DNA of 64,000 nucleotides from an uncultured Lentisphaeraceae bacterium (lineage in GTDB: Bacteria; Verrucomicrobiota; Kiritimatiellia; RFP12; UBA1067): NCBI GenBank assembly GCA_964386385.1, contig CAYLRN010000004.1, positions 50,054 to 114,053 of the forward strand, in the 5' to 3' direction. Shown here in pieces: positions 28,217-35,866 of this stretch. The notes beneath the pieces were generated by a model that had not been told where the DNA came from, searched no databases, and saw only the letters and a list, made by a program, of their open reading frames with translations. Each line of letters starts with the position of its first letter. The first letter of the stretch is position 1. The position numbers and the translations under genes were made by a program.

Positions 28217-30463
28217 ATGACCCGCGCCGAGAAATGGGAGACGCTCGACGACGATCTTCCATACACAGGCAAGGACCTCGACAGGAAAGTCGTAAACAAG
28301 AGCCAGATTCGCACAGTCATCTTGGAGTTCCAAAATGTCTTGTACTCCAAACTCTTCCCTCGCAGATCCGGCAGACATGTGCCAAAGACCCTCATTTTCG
28401 CCAAGGACGATTCGCACGCAAACGACATTGTCGACATCGTGCGCGAAGTGTTCGGCGAGGGCAACGATTTCTGCAAGAAGGTCACGTATCAGGGCGACGA
28501 AAATCCAAAGAGCATACTGTCGCAGTTCAGGAACGACTACTATCCCCGCATCGCCGTCACCGTCGACATGATTGCGACGGGCACGGACATGAAGCCGCTC
28601 GAATACCTTGTCTTCATGCGCGACGTTCGCAGCGCAAACTATTTCGAGCAGATGAAGGGACGCGGAACGCGTACCATTGACGTTGAGGCGCTCAAGAGGG
28701 TCACGCCGGACGCCAAAGACGGCAAACAGCACTACATCCTTGTCGATGCGATCGGCGTGACGTCGTCGATGAAAGTCATATCAGGCGATTTCGAGAAGAA
28801 GCCGGGCGTCTCGCTCAAGGAACTTCTGCAAAAGGCCGCGCTTTCACAACTGACCGCCGACGAGGGGTCGTCGCTTGCGAGATGCCTTGTAAAACTCGGA
28901 AATGTGTTGACGAATGACGAACAGGCGAAGATTGCGCAGCTGACGGGCGGCAAAGACCTTAAATCCGTGGCCAAAGACCTCCACTGCGCATTCGACCCCG
29001 ACAACGTCAGCTCCGCTGCGACAGCGGAGAAGATTGCAGACCCCAACCTGTCCGACGACGAAGCGAAGGCAAAGACCGAAGAGAGACTTCAAAACGAGGC
29101 CACAAAGCCGTTCACCGGGGTTCTGAATCAGTTTCTTGTGAACGAGTGGAACTGGCAGATTCTTAAGTCAAAAACCGGAACCGAACTGAAAGACTGCTAC
29201 GAGAAACTTCTCGCCGTCCTCGGCAGCGAGCCAGGCATGCTTGGACAGATGTTCCTTCAGGCGAAGAACCATATCGGCACTCCGGCTCGTCTTGCAGGGG
29301 TGATAGACATGATCATCGGGCGCGAGACTTGGAGCGGAATGAACACCGACCTTAAAGGCGACATCTACGAGGAGCTTCTTGCCAAGACCGCCGAAGACAA
29401 GAAAAGCGACGCTGGACAGTACTTCACCGCCCGCGCCCTCATGTCGGCAATCATGCAGTGTGTCCGTCCACAGCCGGGCGAGACGATCTGCGACCCCGCC
29501 CGCGGAACGGGTGGATTCTTCCTCAAGGCATACGAATACATCCTCGAACGCTTCGCGGACACAATGAACGTTCACCAGAAGAAGTTTCTGCGCGACGAGA
29601 CTTTCTCCGGAAACGAGATCGTGCCCACCACGCGCCGCCTTTGCCTGATGAACATGTATCTGCACAACATGGGCACTCTCGACGGAGCGGTCCCCATTGA
29701 ACTCAAGGACGCGCTCGTGTCCTCGCCGTCAACCCTTGTGAAGATCGTCGCGACGAATCCTCCGTTCGGCAAGAAAACCGCCCAGACCGTCATCAACGAG
29801 GAAGGCGAGGAGAGCAAGGAGAAACAAATCTACAACCGCCAGGACTTCTGGTGCGTGACCTCGAACAAGCAGTTGAACTTCGTGCAGCACATCCGGACCC
29901 TGCTGCGCACGGACGGGCGGGCGGCAGTCGTCTTGCCGGATAATGTCCTGTTCGAGAAAGGCGCGGGGGAAACGATCCGCAGGAAGCTTATGGACACGAT
30001 GGATCTCCATACCATTCTCCGCCTCCCGACTGGAATCTTCTACGCGCAGGGCGTAAGGGCAAATGTCCTCTTCTTCGATGCCCGTCCTGCCTCAAAGAAC
30101 GTCCAGACAAAGGAAGTGTGGGTTTACGACTATCGCACGAACATCCACCATACATTCAAGCCGAATCCGATGCGAGAAGAGGATCTTGCAGATTTCGTCA
30201 AATGCTACAATCCGGAAAACCGCCACAAGAGGCATGAGACCTGGAGCGAATCTAACCCGGACGGACGCTGGCGCAAGTTTTCATACGACGAGATCGTCAA
30301 GCGCGAAGCGACAAATCTCGACTTCAAGTGGATCAAGGAGAAGTCGGATTCCGTGGAGGACGTCTCGCTTTCCGAACTCATTGACGAACTCAAATCGCAC
30401 CGAGAGGCGTATGCTGCAGCCATCAATGGACTTGATGCAGCCCTTGCGGAGGTCGGTGAATGA
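28217..30463 (+). CDS. hsdM: type I R-M methyltransferase HsdM fused in frame to a C-terminal HsdR fragment
   Basis: The N-terminal ~300 aa are helicase-C/EcoEI_R_C-like (TLIFAKDDSHA, DMIATGTDMKPLEYLVFMR, QMKGRGTR). The rest is HsdM (QYFTARAL, DPARGTGGF, NPPFG). The usual HsdM N-terminal ~50 aa are absent. Confidence 0.75.
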   Translation: MTRAEKWETLDDDLPYTGKDLDRKVVNKSQIRTVILEFQNVLYSKLFPRRSGRHVPKTLIFAKDDSHANDIVDIVREVFGEGNDFCKKVTYQGDENPKSILSQFRNDYYPRIAVTVDMIATGTDMKPLEYLVFMRDVRSANYFEQMKGRGTRTIDVEALKRVTPDAKDGKQHYILVDAIGVTSSMKVISGDFEKKPGVSLKELLQKAALSQLTADEGSSLARCLVKLGNVLTNDEQAKIAQLTGGKDLKSVAKDLHCAFDPDNVSSAATAEKIADPNLSDDEAKAKTEERLQNEATKPFTGVLNQFLVNEWNWQILKSKTGTELKDCYEKLLAVLGSEPGMLGQMFLQAKNHIGTPARLAGVIDMIIGRETWSGMNTDLKGDIYEELLAKTAEDKKSDAGQYFTARALMSAIMQCVRPQPGETICDPARGTGGFFLKAYEYILERFADTMNVHQKKFLRDETFSGNEIVPTTRRLCLMNMYLHNMGTLDGAVPIELKDALVSSPSTLVKIVATNPPFGKKTAQTVINEEGEESKEKQIYNRQDFWCVTSNKQLNFVQHIRTLLRTDGRAAVVLPDNVLFEKGAGETIRRKLMDTMDLHTILRLPTGIFYAQGVRANVLFFDARPASKNVQTKEVWVYDYRTNIHHTFKPNPMREEDLADFVKCYNPENRHKRHETWSESNPDGRWRKFSYDEIVKREATNLDFKWIKEKSDSVEDVSLSELIDELKSHREAYAAAINGLDAALAEVGE

Positions 30464-32014
30464 CCACCGTCGAGAAAATCAAGGCGAAGATTCTCGACCT
30501 CGCCATTCGCGGCAAGCTCGTGCCGCAAGATTCCGCTGACGAGCCAGCGCGCGTTCTCCTTGAACGTATCAAGGCGGAGAAGGCGGAACTCGTCAAGGCC
30601 AAGAAGATAAAGAAGGACAATAATCCTTCCGAAATCGTCGTCGGTTCCGATGGGATGCCCTATGAGACCGTAAACGGCAAGACGAAGTGCATACAGGATG
30701 AAATCCCGTTTGAACTGCCGAAAGGCTGGGCGTGGGCAAGGTTGGGCGAGATTTCCAATTATGGGAAATGCCAAGGCGTGTCTGCAGGCGAAGTCTCTGC
30801 CAACACATGGTCGCTCGCTCTTGAAGACATTGAAAAAGGAACTGGAAAACTACTTGTTCGCAAACTTGTACAGGCCAAGCCATCGACAAGCTCAAAACAC
30901 GGTTTTAGAAAAGGAATGTTGTTGTACAGCAAATTGCGCACCTATTTGAACAAGGTACTCATTGCCGACATGGACGGAGTTTGCACATCTGAAATAATCC
31001 CAATTTCCTTTGAAGGAGGAATATTACCTACGTTCATGCGAATAATCTTGATGTCGCCATACTTTCTTTCATACACGGCAAGTAAGGATTATGGCGTCAA
31101 GATGCCTCGCCTCGGCAAGTCAGACGCGCGAGCGGCACTCATTCCAATTCCCCCCCTCGCCGAGCAGAGGCGCATTGTGGCGAAGGCCGAAACTAACTGC
31201 ATACGCCGACAGGGCTGGCGTGGCGGCGGACGGGCTGGAAGCGACGGCGCGGCGGATTGAAAGGAAGATTCTCGACCTTGCCATTCGCGGAAAGCTCGTC
31301 CCGCAAGACCCGTCCGACGAGCCTACGGTCGAACTGCTGAAGCGCGTCGCCGCCGAGCGACAGGCGCTCGTAAAGGCAGGGAAACTGAAGGTGAGCAAGG
31401 CCGAAGCCACTTTCCTCCGCGCTTCCGATAGGCCCGCCTATGCGACGCCGGAGGGAGGGTCGCGCTCCTGCGCGACCGCCGACGCTCCGTTCCCCATCCC
31501 GCCGGGTTGGAAATGGGTGCGCCTGGGGGATGTGTCAAACTATGGGCAATGTTCGAGCGTAGGCGTCATCGACATTGATTCAAATACATGGTCGCCTGAC
31601 CTGGAAGACATAGAGAAAGACTCTGGACGGCTTGTCGTGCGCAAGACCGCAGCGGAAAGGCAATCGGAAAGCAGCAGACATACGTTCACAAAAGGAACGT
31701 TGCTTTACAGCAAGCTCCGCACATACCTGAACAAGGTTCTTGTCGCCGACATGGACGGCGTATGTACGTCCGAAATCGTTCCCGTGGAATTGCACGGCGG
31801 CATCAGCGCGGAATATGTCCGCCTTGTCCTGATGTCGCCGTACTTTCTGGAATACACGGCTTCAAGGGGCTATGGCGTGAAGATGCCGCGTATTGGGACG
31901 AATGACATGAGGGCGACGTCCATCCCCCTCCCACCCCTTGCCGAGCAGAAGCGGATTGTGGCGAAGGTCGAGGGGGTGAAAGCCCTGTTGGACAATCTGA
32001 AAAGCCGATTTTAG
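30460..32014 (+). pseudogene. hsdS: hsdS specificity subunit (two TRDs) split by a +1 frameshift
   Basis: Track ORFs 30460..31260 and 31091..32014 together form CR-TRD1-CR-TRD2-CR (KILDLAIRGKLVPQD twice, LPPLAEQ(R/K)RIVAK twice). The frame breaks at GAAA 31189..31192. Confidence 0.7.
30666..30746 (+). repeat. 81-bp inverted repeat, left arm (inside hsdS TRD1 entry)
   Basis: 79/81 identical to the reverse complement of 34709..34789. The only difference is TA versus CG. Confidence 0.9.
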
Positions 32015-32043
32015 CCGCTGTCACATTTGACTGTGAGACATGT

Positions 32044-32081
32044 TCATCCCTACACGAGTTTGCAAACTCGTGTAGGGATGA
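32044..32081. repeat. 38-bp perfect palindrome P1
   Basis: tcatccctacacgagtttg|caaactcgtgtagggatga. Confidence 0.9.
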
Positions 32082-32087
32082 AATCGT

Positions 32088-32687
32088 TCAGGAGAGACAG
32101 AGTTCGGAAAGTCCTAGGACTGCTTTTGAAGGATGCGGGACGGCTCTCGTTCTCGCAGGAAGGCCGTGGCGGATGGGCGTTTCAACTTCCGCAAAACCAT
32201 TGCGGCAAAGCGTTCGGCGATGCTTCAGGACTGTTCTGGCGGATATTCGGAGCTGTCGGCCAATCTCCTCGCAATCGACCCATCCGCCGGTCTTCAGCAG
32301 ATACTTCATCATTTTGACGGCATTCGACGTCCGCAGCGCCGAAAAGAGCGCAATGACCTCTTCGTCGCTTCTGCCTTCCTGAAACATCCCCATGACGATT
32401 TCCATCACCCTGCCGGCCTGTGGGACAATGGGGTCGGACTTGAACTCGTAGAACACGTTGACGGACTTTCGCCTTGCATGGATCAGTCCGCGAGCCTGCA
32501 GTTCCTTGAGATAGAGACTTATCGTTCCCTTGCGCATCGCCGTCTGGCGCACCATACCCATGACCGTCAACGACTTCTCCTTCATCAAGATCCGCAGGAT
32601 GCGAAGCCGCACGGGGTTTGCTACGACACGGCACGTTTTCCACAAGGTCGGCGACAGCGCGTTCAATTTTGTCGGGGTGCGTTTCAT
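32088..32687 (-). CDS. double winged-helix (ArsR-like) DNA-binding protein
   Basis: ORF 32088..32912 trimmed to ATG 32687 (MKRTPTKLN...). ArsR-type ANPVRLRILRIL...SLYLKELQARGLI. Second HTH CEEIGRQLRISARTVLKHRR. Confidence 0.55.
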   Translation of the reverse strand: MKRTPTKLNALSPTLWKTCRVVANPVRLRILRILMKEKSLTVMGMVRQTAMRKGTISLYLKELQARGLIHARRKSVNVFYEFKSDPIVPQAGRVMEIVMGMFQEGRSDEEVIALFSALRTSNAVKMMKYLLKTGGWVDCEEIGRQLRISARTVLKHRRTLCRNGFAEVETPIRHGLPARTRAVPHPSKAVLGLSELCLS

Positions 32688-32700
32688 GGCGGTGATTATA

Positions 32701-32738
32701 CCATCCCTGCACGAGTTTGCAAACTCGTGTAGGGATGG
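32701..32738. repeat. 38-bp palindrome P2 (1 mismatch)
   Basis: ccatccctGcacgagtttgcaaactcgtgtagggatgg. Lies between the divergent starts 32687 (-) and 32831 (+). Confidence 0.9.
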
Positions 32739-32830
32739 TGTTGCCAAAATATGCAGAATCGTCTGCAGGACAGAAGGCCTCATGACACTTAGTTTCGCTA
32801 TCATGGCTGACCTTGCGAAAGGGAACTGCC

Positions 32831-33640
32831 ATGATAGACCTTGAAGGATTCGACGCATTCCTGCGGAGGACAAACAAGTCGGACAACACAATCGCCTCGT
32901 ATCTCTATGCATTGCGGCAGTTCGCCGCGCTTCACGCGAAGATCGACAGGCAAACGCTTGGCCCGCACAAGGCGTATCTGCTTGAACACTTCAAGCCGAA
33001 GACGGTCAACGTACGACTGCTTGCGCTCAACTGCTACGCCGGAAGCATCGGCAAGCCCGAACTCAAGATTCCGCTCGTGCGCATACAGCAGAAGCCGTTC
33101 CTCGAGAATGTCATCAGTGACGCCGACTACGCGTACTTCAAGCGGCGGCTGGACAATCCGTCGGAACGGTACTGGTACTTCGTCGTTCGCTTCCTTGCGG
33201 CGACGGGTGCGCGCATCAGCGAACTTCTCCAGTTGAAGGTGGAACACGTCGTCCTGGGACATGTCGACCTCTACTCCAAGGGTGGCAAGATGCGCCGCAT
33301 CTACATCCCTCAGAAACTTGTTGAAGAGTCGTTGTCTTGGCTCTCTTCGCGCAATCAAACGACAGGCTTCATCTTCGTCAACCGAAGCGGCGAACGCATC
33401 ACGGCAAGAGGAATCGCCGCGCAGCTGAAGAAACTGGCAATCAAGTACAAATTGAATCCTGCGGTTGTCTGTCCACACTCATTCCGCCACCGGTTTGCCA
33501 AGAACTTCCTTGAAAGGTTCAACGACATATCACTGCTTGCAGACCTCATGGGACATGAAAGCATAGAGACGACGAGAATCTACCTCCGACGCACAAGCAC
33601 GGAGCAACGCTCAATCGTCGATAGGGTTGTGACGTGGTGA
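32831..33640 (+). CDS. tyrosine site-specific recombinase (XerC/D-like integrase)
   Basis: ATG 32831 (MIDLEGFDAFL). Catalytic signature ATGARISEL ... HSFRHRFA ... GHESIETTRIY. Confidence 0.85.
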   Translation: MIDLEGFDAFLRRTNKSDNTIASYLYALRQFAALHAKIDRQTLGPHKAYLLEHFKPKTVNVRLLALNCYAGSIGKPELKIPLVRIQQKPFLENVISDADYAYFKRRLDNPSERYWYFVVRFLAATGARISELLQLKVEHVVLGHVDLYSKGGKMRRIYIPQKLVEESLSWLSSRNQTTGFIFVNRSGERITARGIAAQLKKLAIKYKLNPAVVCPHSFRHRFAKNFLERFNDISLLADLMGHESIETTRIYLRRTSTEQRSIVDRVVTW

Positions 33641-34124
33641 AGTTTGCGGAACGATGTCCTTCGCAATTGGCGTGAAAATCCCGCCGCTATCATTCCGCAA
33701 ATGTGATATCACATACGGACAAGAACGAAATGGTAATAATATACGAATCGTGCGAAGAAACCGCCAAGCGACAGCGGACCTCCGCTCGGCGTGTACATGT
33801 TCTCTGCGCAAACAGATAGGGCGAAGGCGCTCGGCGCGACGGCAAACTGTGGATGATTCCGCAGACGACAGGAAAGCCGCTCGACGGTCGGACGAAACGC
33901 AGGCTTGTGATTCCCGCAGCCATGCGCGGAGAAATCATCGAAGTCGACAGTCTCAAGGACAAACTTGCCGACAGGCGCATTACGAGGCGTTCACGTCATG
34001 TCACGCCAAAGGCGACGGCGCGCCAATGCTTGCGATATTCGCGGAGCGTGAACGACCGAGACTTGCGGATTGCCTGTCTATTTTTACATTCGTGCCACTT
34101 GCCCGTATTTTAAGAGGGGAATCT

Positions 34125-34170
34125 CATTCCACCCCTACACGAGTTTGCAAACTCGTGTAGGGGTGGAATG
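34125..34170. repeat. 46-bp perfect palindrome P3
   Basis: cattccacccctacacgagtttg|caaactcgtgtaggggtggaatg. Confidence 0.9.
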
Positions 34171-34218
34171 TGCCGCTCATGCCAATCTGATTATGCCTGA
34201 AACCGTTATTTCAGTTTG

Positions 34219-34977
34219 TCAAGCAGGGCAAACAGTTCTTCGACCTTCGCCGCAATCCGCCTCTACTCGGCGAGGGGGGGGAAGAGGTACGATCAATTCG
34301 TTCAAGTATTCGGCTTTCAGATTCCTTATGTTTGTACCTTTGGATTTTTCGCGTATGTGCTTGCGGTAATAGTCTCCTAAAAAAACAAGTGGCAGCCATC
34401 CAGTTACCTCTTCCGATACAGCCCGCACAATTCTCAAAAAAGCACCGATCTGTACGCTGGGCATATCCTGGCGCACAATTGCCGGCCGTCCAATCACCGC
34501 ACTGCTGCCCGTTGAGGCCACAACAACAACATCACCCTTTGAGACTGCCATTGTAGCGTCAGCATATACGTTCGGAAGGAACACATCATCATCGTAAAGG
34601 TAAACGTTTGCGTCTTCTTTGATATTACCTCCACGAAGTATTCGCACACCTTCATGTGTCACATCATTCTTCTGATATGATGCTCTAGCAATAATTTGAA
34701 CGAGATTTCCCAACCTTGCCCACGCCCAGCCTTTCGGCAGTTCAAACGGGATTTCATCCTGCGTGCACTTCGTCTTGCCGTTTACGGTCCCATAGGCGGG
34801 CCTATCGGAAGCGCGGAAGATGACGGATTCGGCGGTGCGCGAGGACACGCGCCCTCCCTTTCGTCCACGAGAGGCACGACGCTCCCCTATGCGCTTCAGG
34901 AGTTCGCCCGCAGGTTCGTCGCACTAGTCTTGCGGAACAAGTATGCCTCTGATTGCAAGATCGATAATCACTACCAT
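34219..34977 (-). pseudogene. inverted silent/decayed hsdS' half-gene (alternative TRD cassette)
   Basis: One frame from ATG 34977 reads MVVIIDLAIRGILVPQD*CDEP...FRASDRPAYGTVNGKTKCTQDEIPFELPKGWAWARLG...TRD...PLPP. In-frame TAG at 34926..34924. At the 3' end, a C8 tract (34281..34274) and TAG (34265..34263) replace the conserved PPLAEQ. Confidence 0.7.
34709..34789 (-). repeat. 81-bp inverted repeat, right arm (inside hsdS')
   Basis: Reverse complement matches 30666..30746 at 79/81. Confidence 0.9.
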
Positions 34978-35508
34978 GCAATAGAGTGGCTTTAGAGTGC
35001 AGATATGTTGCGTTCTCTGCCATAAGCGCACGATTGGGAAATCGCTTCAAGAAGCGTGTGATGACGTATTCTGCCGAAATCTGTTTTTAGGGCGTTCCTT
35101 TCCGTCCCGGGCATGTGCCATCCAATGGCCAGTCGTTCAAAGCGCCCGGCAGATACGGCATTCTTTCGTCTGGCGGAGGCTTGTTCCGGCTCGATGCCAC
35201 GCAATAGAAATCGCGCACGGATTCAAGCGAACGCCTCAGCCAGATCGTGTTCTTGATGACGGCAATCTATTCGATCCTGTACCCGGGAAGGTGTCATTGG
35301 ACTATTTAGTGTCTGCCCAGCAATTCAAAGAGGAGCGCTACAGGCGGCTGTTCGCGTCGCGGCGCGGGGGAGGCGGACGACTCCACCTCGTGGCATTTCA
35401 TCGAGATTCCAGAGGATGGCGCATGAACGCGCCGCAAGACGCCCTTTGTTGGGCAGACACTAAGTAGTTAAGTTGCTGTCTCTCATTTAGGCGCTTGACC
35501 ACTCACGC

Positions 35509-35540
35509 ACTTAACCACTTAACTACTTAACCACTTAATC
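35509..35540 (-). repeat. TTAAGT 8-mer array (4 units) containing the 15-mer in inverted orientation
   Basis: acttaaccacttaactacttaaccacttaatc. Supplies the last codons and the TAA stop of the adjacent gene. Confidence 0.8.
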
Positions 35541-35865
35541 CCCGAAGGGCGGGACAGACGGAATGGGAATCGAGGTTGGTCCACTCAAACGGGAAGGTGC
35601 GGCACTTGTCGGGCTTGACCGGGTTTATCAGGCAGAGGTTGTCCTCCGAGAGATAGACGCACGCGCCGTCCGGGCGGCTCTTGAGAATCAGTCCGCGCCT
35701 GTCGGGGGCGAGTTCCGTTTCGCTTTCGATGAACTTCGCCTCGTCCATGCGGAGATGCGCGGCTATGCGCGCGATCTCCGCATCGGACACGCGGACGATT
35801 CCGTTCTTTATCCGGCAGCAGGCGCCGCACGTCAGGCAGTGGAACGCCTTGCCAATGCCGTCCAT
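35527..35865 (-). CDS. YkgJ-family cysteine-cluster (Fe-S/Zn) protein
   Basis: ATG 35865 inside track ORF 35527..36168. MDGIGKAFHCLTCGACCRIK... with a CxxCxxCC cluster. Confidence 0.7.
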   Translation of the reverse strand: MDGIGKAFHCLTCGACCRIKNGIVRVSDAEIARIAAHLRMDEAKFIESETELAPDRRGLILKSRPDGACVYLSEDNLCLINPVKPDKCRTFPFEWTNLDSHSVCPALRGLSG

Positions 35866-35866
35866 C

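Larger units (their letters stand above)
28157..35475. mobile_element. type I R-M genomic island with tyrosine recombinase, bounded by imperfect 15-bp direct repeats
   Basis: taagtggttaagttg (28146..28160) matches taagtagttaagttg (35461..35475) at 14/15. The interior looks AT-richer than the flanks. It carries hsd genes plus an integrase. Confidence 0.5.

Noticed and set aside
33654-34160. 168-aa plus-strand ORF after the recombinase
   Set aside because: It is Arg/Ser/Ala-rich with no start context, and it runs into palindrome P3. It is kept only as an unassigned region.
32044-34170. Palindromes P1-P3 as ordinary rho-independent terminators
   Set aside because: None is followed by a U-tract, the stems are 19-23 bp with essentially no loop, and P2 lies between divergent gene starts.
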